Below are positions 38,045 through 47,054 of a DNA stretch of 64,000 bases, one piece after another. How positions within the stretch are numbered: position 1 is the first letter of the stretch; each line of letters begins with the position of its first letter. Both the position numbers and the translations under genes were made by a program. The notes below the pieces were generated by a model. It searched no databases and had not been told where the DNA came from. It saw only the letters and a list, made by a program, of their open reading frames with translations. The DNA is from an uncultured Acidobacteriaceae bacterium (lineage in GTDB: Bacteria > Acidobacteriota > Terriglobia > Terriglobales > Acidobacteriaceae). The stretch is taken from contig CAVQMQ010000008.1 of the NCBI GenBank assembly GCA_963713645.1, positions 6,473 to 70,472 of the forward strand. The letters are read 5' to 3'.

Positions 38045-38697
38045 CAGATATCCGACAAACCAGAGAATGGACGCGAGGGCAGGCAGCTCTGTTGTTCGCG
38101 GTCTGCCTTGTCGTGGGCATTGCGGGTGGCTGGACGATTCGCGGATTCAATACCACGGCAGCAAGCAACTCCGCGCCAATGGCCAATGCAGCTACGGCGC
38201 AAGGGAATAAAGTGGGCACTGCAGCGCCCACTGCCACGCGGCTGAAAGAGATGGCGGATGCCCAGGCAGCGCCTCTGGTGGAGAAGCTTAAAGCAGAGCC
38301 CAAAAATCCTGATCTGCTCATAGGCATCGGCAACCTATATTACGACGCGCAACAGTACCCTATCGCCGTTGACTACTACGAACGCGCGCTTGAGGCCCGG
38401 CCCTCGGATGCAGCCGTGCGCACCGATATGGGGACTGCCTACTGGTATATGGGCGATGCCGACCGGGCGCTTGCCGAGTTCGATAAGGCGCTCGGCTATG
38501 CGCCGAACAATCCCAATACGCTCTTCAATCGCGGCCTGGTGAAGTGGAAGGCAAAAAGGGACGGCGCGAGTGCGGCCGCCGATTGGCGGAAGCTGCTGGC
38601 CGTGGACCCGAACTACGCCGAAAAAGGTCAGGTGAACCAGATGCTGTCCGAAGTGGGAAAGCAAGCGGCAGCGCAGCCTGCGATGTCAGGAAAGTGA
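38041..38697 (+). CDS. membrane-anchored TPR protein (paralog of the preceding gene)
   Basis: N-terminal TM, QAAPLVEKLKAEPKN, PNNPNTLFNRG; ATGA overlap with the upstream stop. Confidence 0.85.
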   Translation: MTDIRQTREWTRGQAALLFAVCLVVGIAGGWTIRGFNTTAASNSAPMANAATAQGNKVGTAAPTATRLKEMADAQAAPLVEKLKAEPKNPDLLIGIGNLYYDAQQYPIAVDYYERALEARPSDAAVRTDMGTAYWYMGDADRALAEFDKALGYAPNNPNTLFNRGLVKWKAKRDGASAAADWRKLLAVDPNYAEKGQVNQMLSEVGKQAAAQPAMSGK

Positions 38698-38843
38698 ATC
38701 TAATCAAGCCTGCGATGCTTTCCATGCAGGATAGCGATTAGTGTATTATTCCGGCTGATGACAAGATGGAGCGGCTCTGGTAAATTCCCCAAGACAGGCA
38801 GTTGGCGACAAGCTCACCCACTATTAAAACGCGGAGCCGGTAG

Positions 38844-41800
38844 ATGATTCGCGCACTGATTGATTTTGCACTCAAGAATAGAGCGCTGGTGTTGGCGGGA
38901 ACGCTGGTGCTGACCGTATGGGGAGTGATTGCCTTTCGCGGGCTGCCGATCGAGGCCTATCCGGACGTCGCCAATAACTATGTACAGGTGATTACGCAGT
39001 GGCCGGGCCGTAGCGCGGAAGAGATTGAGCGCCAGGTTACGGTGCCAGTTGAGATTCAGATGGCAGGTATGCCGCATCTGGTCCACCTGCGATCGACAAC
39101 GCTGGCCGGCATCTCCAGCCTCATGCTCATCTTTGACGATGAGTCGACAAGCGACATCAATCGCGAGCATGTGCTTGAGCGGTTGAGCCAGGTAAGCCTG
39201 CCGGCCAATCTGGTTCCGCAGATGGGGACGGATTGGAGTCCAGTCGGACAGATCTATTGGTACACGCTTGAGAGCACTAACCCGTCCTACGACGTGATGG
39301 AGTTGAAATCTCTTGAAGATTGGGAATTGGAGAAATCCTTCAAAGGCGTCAAGGGAGTAGTGGACGTTTCCAGCTTCGGCGGGCCAACCAAGGAATACCA
39401 GATCAGATTGGACCCGGAGAAGCTCGTATCTTATGGTCTATCTATTGGCCAGGTAGAGCAGCAGTTAGCAAATAACAATACAAACGGCGGCGGAAGCTTT
39501 ATTGAGCAGGGCTCACAGCAGATCAACGTTCAGTCGCTTGGACTGTATTCCAGCGTGCAGGATATTGAAGATACAGTTATCAAAACACAGAGCGGCGCGG
39601 CCATCACTGTTAAGGATATTGCCACGGTGACGCAAGGGGCCAAGATCCGGTTGGGGCAGATCGGCAAGGCGACTCACCGCGAAGATGGCGTAATTGTGGA
39701 TAATCCGGATACCGTTGAGGGGATTGTTCTGCTGCAGAAGGGCGACGATTCCGATCCAGTTTTGCAGGGAATCCATAAGGAAACAGACGCGCTGAACAAC
39801 GGAATCCTTCCCAAAGGCGTCAAGGTGGTTCCATTCCTGGATCGCTCCAAATTGGTGGCCTATACGGTCGAAACAGTCGAGCATAATCTGACGGAAGGAA
39901 TGATTCTAGTCGCGATCATTCTTTTTCTCTTCCTAGGCAACGTACGTGGCGCAATTATAGTTACTCTTACTATTCCTTTCGCGTTGATGTTTGCATCCAT
40001 CTGCCTGGACCTCAGCCATATTCCTGCCAATTTGCTTTCATTGGGAGCGCTGGATTTCGGGATGCTGGTTGATGGATCGGTCGTGATGATCGAAAACATG
40101 GTGCGGCATCTTGCGAATAAAGAAGACCAATCCGCTCCGGCGGAGAAGATTGCACGGGCCGCGCGCGAGGTAATGAAGCCGGTCTTCTTCGCTCGTGGAA
40201 TTATTATCACTTCTTATCTGCCGATTTTCACCTTGAAAGCCGTGGAGGGGCGGCTCTTCAAGCCGATGGCGTGGACAGTTACGTTTGCGCTGATCGGCGC
40301 ACTGGTCTTTGCAATCATTATTGCCCCGGTACTGGCAAGCATCTTTTTCCGCAAAGGAGCGAAGGAGTGGAACAACCCGATTATGCTCTGGCTGATCCGT
40401 CAATATAGCGTCGCGGTCCGTGCAACCATTGAAAACCGCAAAACTACTTTGGGCATCGCCGCGGCGCTTTTTCTCATTGCAGTTTATCTGACGTTTGGCG
40501 GTCCCATTGGGTCGGAGTTTCTTCCCCATCTTGACGAGGGGTCCATCTGGGTGCGTGGCACGCTGCCGCCTAGCGAAGGGCCAACACCAAGTGTTGATTT
40601 CACGAACAAGGCTAGGATTGTCATGGCGTCGTTTCCCGAGGTAACTCAGGTCGTGAGCCAGACCGGGCGTCCCGATGATGGTACTGATACCGCAGGATTC
40701 TTCAATACCGAGTATTTTGTTGACCTGAAACCGAAGAAAGAGTGGCGGCCTGTCTTCAGGCAGGATAAGGACGCACTTATCGCCGCTATCGACACACAGC
40801 TCTCAAAATTCCCTGGAGTGATATGGAATTACTCTCAACCGATTTCTGACAATATGGAGGAAGCGGTTTCAGGTGTCAAGGGTGAGCTTGCGGTCAAGCT
40901 ATACGGGGACGATCTACGCACTCTTGAAAAAAAAGCCGATGAGATTAAGGAGCAGATGCAGGTTGTCAACGGTGTCGAGGACCTGGGCATCTTCCGCATT
41001 GTCGGGCAGCCAAATCTGAATTTACAAGTTGATCGCGACGCGGCCAAACGCTGGGGAATCAACGTATCGGATATTCAGGATGCGGTGCAGACTGCTGTCG
41101 GTGCGAACGCAGTTACGCAAGTACAGCAGGGCGAGGCTCGCTTCGATGTTACGCTGCGCTATCAGCAGCAGTATCGCGATACCCGCGAGGCAATTGAAAA
41201 TGTTCGTCTGCTTGCCCCTTCGGGCGAGCGTGTTTCTCTGAGTCAGGTTACTAAGATCAGCACAGACGATGGAGCCGAGCAGATCAACCGCGAAGTCGGA
41301 CAGCGCTATATCGCAATCAAATATTCGGTGCGTGGACGCGATCTGGGATCGACCGTGGAAGAAGCCATCGCCAAGGTGACCAAGAATGTTCAGTTACCAC
41401 CGGGATACCACTTGGAATGGGCCGGCGAGTATGAGAGCCAGAAGCGCGCCAATGCTCGCATGGAGATTGTGGTGCCGGTAACAGTGATTAGTATTTTTCT
41501 CATCCTGTATACCATGTTCCGTTCGTATAAGTGGGCGGCGCTCATTCTGATCTCAGTCATTCTGTCTTCTATCGGAGGCCCGTTGGCCTTGTTTATCACG
41601 CATACCAATTTTTCGGTCTCGTCGGCTGTCGGCTTCCTTGCACTGTTTGGCGTCTCGGTGCAAACCGGCGTCATCATGATCGAATTCATCAACCAACTGC
41701 GGGCCGGCGGCTACGCGATTGAAGGCGCTGCTATTCGCGGTGCTGTTCTAAGGCTTCGCCCCATTATGATGACCATGTTAGTTGCGACTCTGGGCCTGCT

Positions 41801-41978
41801 GCCGGCAGCGCTGTCGCATGCCATCGGCTCTGACTCTCAGCGGCCGTTTGCCATCGTGATTGTCGGCGGCTTGCTTGCCAATCTGGTGATCGGAATCTTT
41901 TTGCTGCCAACGCTGTACGTATGGTTTGCCAGCGATACCGACAAGCTGCCAGAACCGGAAGCGAACTTTGAAGGCTAA
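38844..41978 (+). CDS. CusA/CzcA-family heavy-metal efflux RND permease
   Basis: LPIEAYPD, GALDFGMLVDGSVVMIEN, FKPMA, RLRPIMMT, GSDSQRPFA; 1044 aa. Confidence 0.93.
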   Translation: MIRALIDFALKNRALVLAGTLVLTVWGVIAFRGLPIEAYPDVANNYVQVITQWPGRSAEEIERQVTVPVEIQMAGMPHLVHLRSTTLAGISSLMLIFDDESTSDINREHVLERLSQVSLPANLVPQMGTDWSPVGQIYWYTLESTNPSYDVMELKSLEDWELEKSFKGVKGVVDVSSFGGPTKEYQIRLDPEKLVSYGLSIGQVEQQLANNNTNGGGSFIEQGSQQINVQSLGLYSSVQDIEDTVIKTQSGAAITVKDIATVTQGAKIRLGQIGKATHREDGVIVDNPDTVEGIVLLQKGDDSDPVLQGIHKETDALNNGILPKGVKVVPFLDRSKLVAYTVETVEHNLTEGMILVAIILFLFLGNVRGAIIVTLTIPFALMFASICLDLSHIPANLLSLGALDFGMLVDGSVVMIENMVRHLANKEDQSAPAEKIARAAREVMKPVFFARGIIITSYLPIFTLKAVEGRLFKPMAWTVTFALIGALVFAIIIAPVLASIFFRKGAKEWNNPIMLWLIRQYSVAVRATIENRKTTLGIAAALFLIAVYLTFGGPIGSEFLPHLDEGSIWVRGTLPPSEGPTPSVDFTNKARIVMASFPEVTQVVSQTGRPDDGTDTAGFFNTEYFVDLKPKKEWRPVFRQDKDALIAAIDTQLSKFPGVIWNYSQPISDNMEEAVSGVKGELAVKLYGDDLRTLEKKADEIKEQMQVVNGVEDLGIFRIVGQPNLNLQVDRDAAKRWGINVSDIQDAVQTAVGANAVTQVQQGEARFDVTLRYQQQYRDTREAIENVRLLAPSGERVSLSQVTKISTDDGAEQINREVGQRYIAIKYSVRGRDLGSTVEEAIAKVTKNVQLPPGYHLEWAGEYESQKRANARMEIVVPVTVISIFLILYTMFRSYKWAALILISVILSSIGGPLALFITHTNFSVSSAVGFLALFGVSVQTGVIMIEFINQLRAGGYAIEGAAIRGAVLRLRPIMMTMLVATLGLLPAALSHAIGSDSQRPFAIVIVGGLLANLVIGIFLLPTLYVWFASDTDKLPEPEANFEG

Positions 41979-42067
41979 GAGCGCACTGCCGGATAGCAGT
42001 GTTGCATCCCCGGAAAATGTGAAATCCATGTGCCGGTGTAACACAGATTTGCGATACAAATCAAGAT

Positions 42068-42114
42068 CGCGGCGAATCTCGCGTGTCTCATAACACTCAG
42101 AGAGATTCGCCGCG
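42068..42114. terminator. 13-bp hairpin between convergent genes
   Basis: CGCGGCGAATCTC-N21-GAGATTCGCCGCG. Confidence 0.5.
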
Positions 42115-42140
42115 TTTACCTATTCTCGTTTGCAGGGGCG

Positions 42141-42719
42141 CTACTTTGCGCCAGCCAGGTTACCCACAAGTGTTAGATCAATATCGACCACCTTGGCGAC
42201 TTTCAAGATGAAGATGCTTGGGTCTTTCAAGCCCCACTGAACGTAGGGAACCTGAAATTGTGTCTTCGCCGTGAGAGTTGCCCCGTCTATGTGAATCTGC
42301 ATGGGTACGGTCAGGTCATGCGGTGTGCCGTGCAGCGTAAATACGCCGGTGACCTGGATCGTTGAGTCGCCCGAGGCGGCGACAGTTCCCGTATAGCTTT
42401 TGGGCATGAAGGAGACCTCGGCGAATTTGGCCACTTCCAGAACGTCTGAGTTCATCTTCTTGTCGCGGCTTGGTTCGCCGCTGTTTCCGCTGCCGGCGGC
42501 GACGACGATGGAGCCGGAGATTGTCTGTGCGCCGCGGTCAAAATCAATTGATCCGGTTTGCACGTGGAAGGTTCCGTCGACGTGATGGCCGCTGCCGCCC
42601 AGCGCAAAGGCAACTTTGCTTGGGTCAGGATTAACGGTGAAGGTTTGATGCTGAGCAAACGCAACCGGGGCGAGGATCAGCGGGAGCGCGAGGAAGAGAG
42701 GGTTTGCAATAGTCTTCAT
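42141..42719 (-). CDS. YceI-family (polyisoprenoid-binding) periplasmic protein
   Basis: Signal peptide; SKVAF...HHVDGTF...SRDKKM..DVLE...FTLHGTPH...FQVPYVQWGL. Confidence 0.88.
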   Translation of the reverse strand: MKTIANPLFLALPLILAPVAFAQHQTFTVNPDPSKVAFALGGSGHHVDGTFHVQTGSIDFDRGAQTISGSIVVAAGSGNSGEPSRDKKMNSDVLEVAKFAEVSFMPKSYTGTVAASGDSTIQVTGVFTLHGTPHDLTVPMQIHIDGATLTAKTQFQVPYVQWGLKDPSIFILKVAKVVDIDLTLVGNLAGAK

Positions 42720-42742
42720 AGTCTGTCTCCTAAATGATGGTG

Positions 42743-44641
42743 TTATCGGTTTTGAATCGGCTGTGCGATTTGTTGCGACAACCAAAGGGCAATGGATGAA
42801 ATATCCTGATCAGAAAGATATTCATGGCCGGGCATATCGGTTCCGGGGACGCCGAATTTTGCAATTTGAGCCAGACGCGCAACTCGATCTACAACTATTC
42901 CTGAAGGCGTCAGGTAGTAGAAAGGTCCAACGGCAAGATCGGGAGGCAGCTGTTTGAAGCTGGATTTCCATGCGAGGCGCGTGTGTCCGTTGGCGCTGTG
43001 GCATGTTGAGCAATGACGCTGAAAGAGCTGTTCGCCGTCTATCGGATTGGCTTGTGCGATCGCAGCGGCAGACGGACGCCAAAGCAACTCGGCACTCTGA
43101 TGCTCCTCGGCTCCGCTGGTTTTGAGGCTCATCAGATAAGCGACAAGATCATCGCCGCGCTGGTTCTGAAAGAGAAACGCATACGAAGGCATGATGGAAG
43201 CGCCGCTGACCTCGGGCGGGTTGTAGAAATGTGCCTTCAGCCACAACTCTGAGCGACGACTGCCAACTTCGGCAAGGTCTGGACCCTGGCGGCGGTTGCC
43301 GATGAGGGGAGGCTTTTGCTGATGGAGTTGCTGGAAGGATTCAACTGGACCCCAGAGCAAGACATCCGGCGAGTTAGGACGTACATACTGGGTGTGGCAG
43401 TTGATGCAGCCCTCAGAGATATAGATTTTCCTTCCGTGTTCGAGTTGCGAGAGCGGAGTTGAAATGCGCGTGGCGTTGACGATGCGATCCAATGAGAGGG
43501 ATGCAATAAGGATCGCTACGGTGAGCAGAAGTTCGCGCTTGCGCCGCAGAAGAAAGCGGAACAGTACCGTTAGCAGGATGACCGCTCCAGCTGCGAGCAC
43601 GAAGAGCGGAGGGATATACCCAAGGTGCTGGCCCATGCCAATGCCGAGCGCGGAACCTGCCCAACCAGCAATCGCGTAGAGCCATCCGGCTTGGCGGCCG
43701 CGCTCCGCGGTAGATGTGGCCGGGCTGAGCAGGGCGGGATAAGCGACCAGCGCCACGGAGTAAAGCGAGACACCGACGGGATAGAAGATAGAGGCTAGAA
43801 CTATGCATCGGGGCGCAAGCAGCAAAAGACACGCGGAACCAAGCACAACGAATGCGGCGGAGAGGATAACTGAGAGACTTCTGCGACGCAGCAGCCATAC
43901 GCTGATCAGAGCCGCGACGAGATGCAGAAGAGCATTGGCGCTGAGGTGCAGTGATCCCTGCCATGTTCCGGCCTTGAGCGATGGCGTGTTCTGAATAATA
44001 AAGAAGGCTGCGGAATCGAGCCATACCAGCGCAGTGAAGCAAGCTAGTACAGAGAAAAACGGTAGTGCGGGCTTCGACGCAACACGCAATTCGTTTAGCG
44101 GCACCAATGCAGGGAACAGCGTTGCTCCGACTCCGGCGAGGCACAACAAGCCTGCTACTACACTTTGCATTTCGGCGGAGGCGATAAAGAATGGAGGCAG
44201 ATTGCAGACAAGGTAGCCAACGCCTGTTCCCAGACCGACGAGGAGCAGGGGATTCCGGTTACCTGTCCATTGGCGCAGGTGAGTGACAAGGGTGACTGTA
44301 AGCAGGCCGAGCCCTGCGCCGATGAGAAACGAGACTGCGATGATTGTGAAAAGCCCGAGAGGTAACAGCGAACTGAACGCAGCTACGCTGCAGATGATGA
44401 GTCCGATGCGAAGACGCAGATTCGGCGCGGGCAAGAAATTCAGCCGCGGCGCAAGAAGGCTGAGAAGAATGCCGCCGCTGGCCATTGCGGCCATGACGGA
44501 ATTTAAGTGATTGCCGCTAATGCCAAGGGTTGCCAACCGCTTGAGAAAAGCGAACTGCGCGAAGATCAGGAAATAGACATAGGTGATTGCGACAAGGCAC
44601 GCGCCCTGCCATCCGGAGCGGCTGTGTCTAGTGTGCGACAT
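42743..44641 (-). CDS. fusion of an MFS-like membrane domain, a cbb3 subunit II (CcoO)-like monoheme domain and a second cytochrome c domain
   Basis: About 12 hydrophobic segments, then GRKIYISEGCINCHTQYVRP...GNRRQGPDL...HFYNP...IMPSY, then CSTCH...MPG. Confidence 0.82.
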   Translation of the reverse strand: MSHTRHSRSGWQGACLVAITYVYFLIFAQFAFLKRLATLGISGNHLNSVMAAMASGGILLSLLAPRLNFLPAPNLRLRIGLIICSVAAFSSLLPLGLFTIIAVSFLIGAGLGLLTVTLVTHLRQWTGNRNPLLLVGLGTGVGYLVCNLPPFFIASAEMQSVVAGLLCLAGVGATLFPALVPLNELRVASKPALPFFSVLACFTALVWLDSAAFFIIQNTPSLKAGTWQGSLHLSANALLHLVAALISVWLLRRRSLSVILSAAFVVLGSACLLLLAPRCIVLASIFYPVGVSLYSVALVAYPALLSPATSTAERGRQAGWLYAIAGWAGSALGIGMGQHLGYIPPLFVLAAGAVILLTVLFRFLLRRKRELLLTVAILIASLSLDRIVNATRISTPLSQLEHGRKIYISEGCINCHTQYVRPNSPDVLLWGPVESFQQLHQQKPPLIGNRRQGPDLAEVGSRRSELWLKAHFYNPPEVSGASIMPSYAFLFQNQRGDDLVAYLMSLKTSGAEEHQSAELLWRPSAAAIAQANPIDGEQLFQRHCSTCHSANGHTRLAWKSSFKQLPPDLAVGPFYYLTPSGIVVDRVARLAQIAKFGVPGTDMPGHEYLSDQDISSIALWLSQQIAQPIQNR

Positions 44642-45038
44642 TGCGTAGCCAGCCTTTGCGCAGACCAATTGCCTGAATGATGACGGATGCACCGTCCGTA
44701 AGGGCGACTGTAGCCCAGCCAGCCTCAAGCCGATGGCTGAGAATCTCAGCAATAACCAGAGAAGCCACGCTGGCGCGGGTGATCGCAGTCAACCCCCATA
44801 TCATTTCAATGCGGCAGTGGCCGGCGCCGCGCAGCGTCAGAAGAGCGCCATAAAAGCAGGCGAGCCCGACGGAGAGTACGAATGCTCCGATGAACGAGAG
44901 GAAGGGCAGCGCATCATCGGGAGCGTGCACGCGCATCAACGTCAACGTAAACGCCGGAGCGAGGATGAGCAGCGTTCCGGTCAATGTGTCCGAAAGGCCG
45001 ATGAGTAGCTGATAGCCAATGAGGATGGAACGGTTCAT
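44628..45038 (-). CDS. small multi-pass membrane protein (136 aa)
   Basis: About four hydrophobic segments; start and stop overlap both neighbours. Confidence 0.75.
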   Translation of the reverse strand: MNRSILIGYQLLIGLSDTLTGTLLILAPAFTLTLMRVHAPDDALPFLSFIGAFVLSVGLACFYGALLTLRGAGHCRIEMIWGLTAITRASVASLVIAEILSHRLEAGWATVALTDGASVIIQAIGLRKGWLRNVAH

Positions 45039-46366
45039 GCGGCCAATTCCTCCACGGCAATTGTGGATATTTTGTTTGGCTTGTGCAGGAGAGACGAGGC
45101 CTCGATGAGCCAGTCAAGGGACGAGGCCAGCATCACGACGCCAACTGCAAGGCGAAGGATGTAGATGGTGTCTCGCGCTGCTGTGGGAACAATGGTGAAG
45201 GCCGGGTCGCCGCCTTCGCGCCATCCGGCGATGAACATCAGCAGAACATAAGCCAGTACGCCAAGGTTCCAGCCGTAGAAGGATCGCTTGCTGGTGAAGA
45301 TCCTGCCGTCTTCGCCGAGAAGTTGGACTAATACGAGAATCAGCAGGCTGGTGACGAAGCCTGCCATCGCCAGCAGGGAATGGCCGACAAGACCGTCGGT
45401 GAATTTGAAGTGATCGAGTACGCCGGGAAGAAAGAATATCCATCCAGTAACAACCAAAGCCGCCCACCAGAGATACGTTGCAATGCGCCAGCGGCGCGTG
45501 TTTTCGTTCCAGGAGAATGCCGCGTAATAAAGAGGGATGAGCGGCACCCAGACGAGCAGGCTGCCGAGAGAGAGAAACTGCGCGGGGCTGTGATGGCTGC
45601 TATCGGCTCGGCCAAGTGCGAAGCATAGAAGAAACTCCGCGAGCAGCGTAATCCACGCGATTACAACCGCTTTGGAGCGGCGTGCAGTTCGCCGGGTCAG
45701 GCCGTAGGGGAGCATCAAGAGAATCGCGACAATGATCAGCGAAGACTCGAGTTGACTTGCGCCGGTGGGGCCGCCGGTATCGGGATTGATCGCCGGGTAG
45801 TAGGACGGACCTGACGCGAGATATATCAGGAATGGAACAGTCAGTAGAAAAGCGAGGGCAAAGATTTTTGCAGATCGTGCGGGGAGGGTTGTGTTGGTTG
45901 CGAACTTCGAGCCACAAACAAATGCGAGGGCGAGTAGCAGCCACAGAGCGAGCATCGCCAGCGGAAAGAAGATGCGCGCGTAGCCGGACCAATCGAGAAA
46001 CAGCTTGCCACTGGAATGGCCGGAGAGCCAGGAGTACGCGCCTGCGCCGAGCGCCGCGGACCACACCCACAGAACCGGCCTGCACCATTGCGCGAAGGGT
46101 TCGCGATCTGCTCCAAAGACCTTGAGAAGGAATGCCGCCAAGGGAAGACTCACCCATCCGTAGAGTTCCAGATTCATGTGAACCATGATCCAGCGCCCGT
46201 AGGTCCATTCGCCTAGGAATGGATTCAGTGCGGGAAAGAGCAGAAGAATTGCGATCAGCATCCCAATCGCATTCGAAACGACAAGCCAGAGCAGGCTATG
46301 CCACACTGCACTGATGACACCGTTGGGCGCATTCTGCGATGAGAGATTCGGCTCAGCCGGATGCAT
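45035..46366 (-). CDS. degenerate heme-copper-oxidase subunit I (CcoN)-like membrane protein
   Basis: WTYGRWIMVHMN (cf. CcoN TFGRLRPLHTN), SSHHS, KFTDGLVGHSL (cf. YTDWTIGHVH); GGAGG RBS before ATG 46366. Confidence 0.7.
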   Translation of the reverse strand: MHPAEPNLSSQNAPNGVISAVWHSLLWLVVSNAIGMLIAILLLFPALNPFLGEWTYGRWIMVHMNLELYGWVSLPLAAFLLKVFGADREPFAQWCRPVLWVWSAALGAGAYSWLSGHSSGKLFLDWSGYARIFFPLAMLALWLLLALAFVCGSKFATNTTLPARSAKIFALAFLLTVPFLIYLASGPSYYPAINPDTGGPTGASQLESSLIIVAILLMLPYGLTRRTARRSKAVVIAWITLLAEFLLCFALGRADSSHHSPAQFLSLGSLLVWVPLIPLYYAAFSWNENTRRWRIATYLWWAALVVTGWIFFLPGVLDHFKFTDGLVGHSLLAMAGFVTSLLILVLVQLLGEDGRIFTSKRSFYGWNLGVLAYVLLMFIAGWREGGDPAFTIVPTAARDTIYILRLAVGVVMLASSLDWLIEASSLLHKPNKISTIAVEELAA

Positions 46367-47054
46367 GAATCCTCCCATCGTGCATTTCGAGCAAACGGTC
46401 ACAACGTCTGGCAAGGTTGCGATCGTGCGTGGCCATCAAGAGAGTCACCTGCTCGGTGGCAACGATCTCCAGCAATAACTCAAAGACCGCGCCGCTGGAT
46501 TTCTCGTCGAGTGAACCGGTCGGCTCATCGGCCAGCAGAATTTTTGGACTGTTCATAAGCGCGCGGCAGAGCGCGGTGCGTTGGCGCTCACCGCCGGAGA
46601 GCTTCTGAATGCGATGGCCGAGGCGATGAGTCAGGCCGGTGCGCTCGGTGAGTTGATGCAGGCGCTGCTGTGCCAGATCACGATCTGTTCCGGCCGCGAC
46701 GGAGGGAATCAAGCAATTCTCTTCTAGCGTGAGATCGGGAATCAGGTTGTGCAACTGAAAGACGAAGCCGACCTCGTGGCGCAGAAGGCGCAGCAGGTTT
46801 CGGCGGCTGTTAACCTCGATGTTATTGACGGCGACGTGCCCGCGATCCGGCGAGTCCAGACCGCCGAACAAGTGCAACAGCGTGCTTTTTCCGCAGCCGG
46901 AGGGGCCGCAGAGGGCAACCGTCTGGCCGGCGAAGGCCTCGAAATCAACGCCCTTGAGCACTGCAATCGCACCGTCGTCGTAGCTCTTCCATACATCCTT
47001 GGAGCGGAGGACGATGCGCGGCTGATTGTTGAGTTGTTCCTTCACAGAATTCAT
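46353..47054 (-). CDS. ABC transporter ATP-binding protein (LolD/MacB type)
   Basis: GPSGCGKST, VFQLHNL, LSGGERQR, LLADEPTG, ATHD. Confidence 0.93.
   Translation of the reverse strand: MNSVKEQLNNQPRIVLRSKDVWKSYDDGAIAVLKGVDFEAFAGQTVALCGPSGCGKSTLLHLFGGLDSPDRGHVAVNNIEVNSRRNLLRLLRHEVGFVFQLHNLIPDLTLEENCLIPSVAAGTDRDLAQQRLHQLTERTGLTHRLGHRIQKLSGGERQRTALCRALMNSPKILLADEPTGSLDEKSSGAVFELLLEIVATEQVTLLMATHDRNLARRCDRLLEMHDGRIHASG

Noticed and set aside
42743-46366. Functional cbb3 terminal oxidase (ccoNO)
   Set aside because: The subunit-I-like protein lacks at least two of six canonical His ligands, CcoO is fused to a membrane domain, and ccoP/ccoQ/ccoGHIS are absent.
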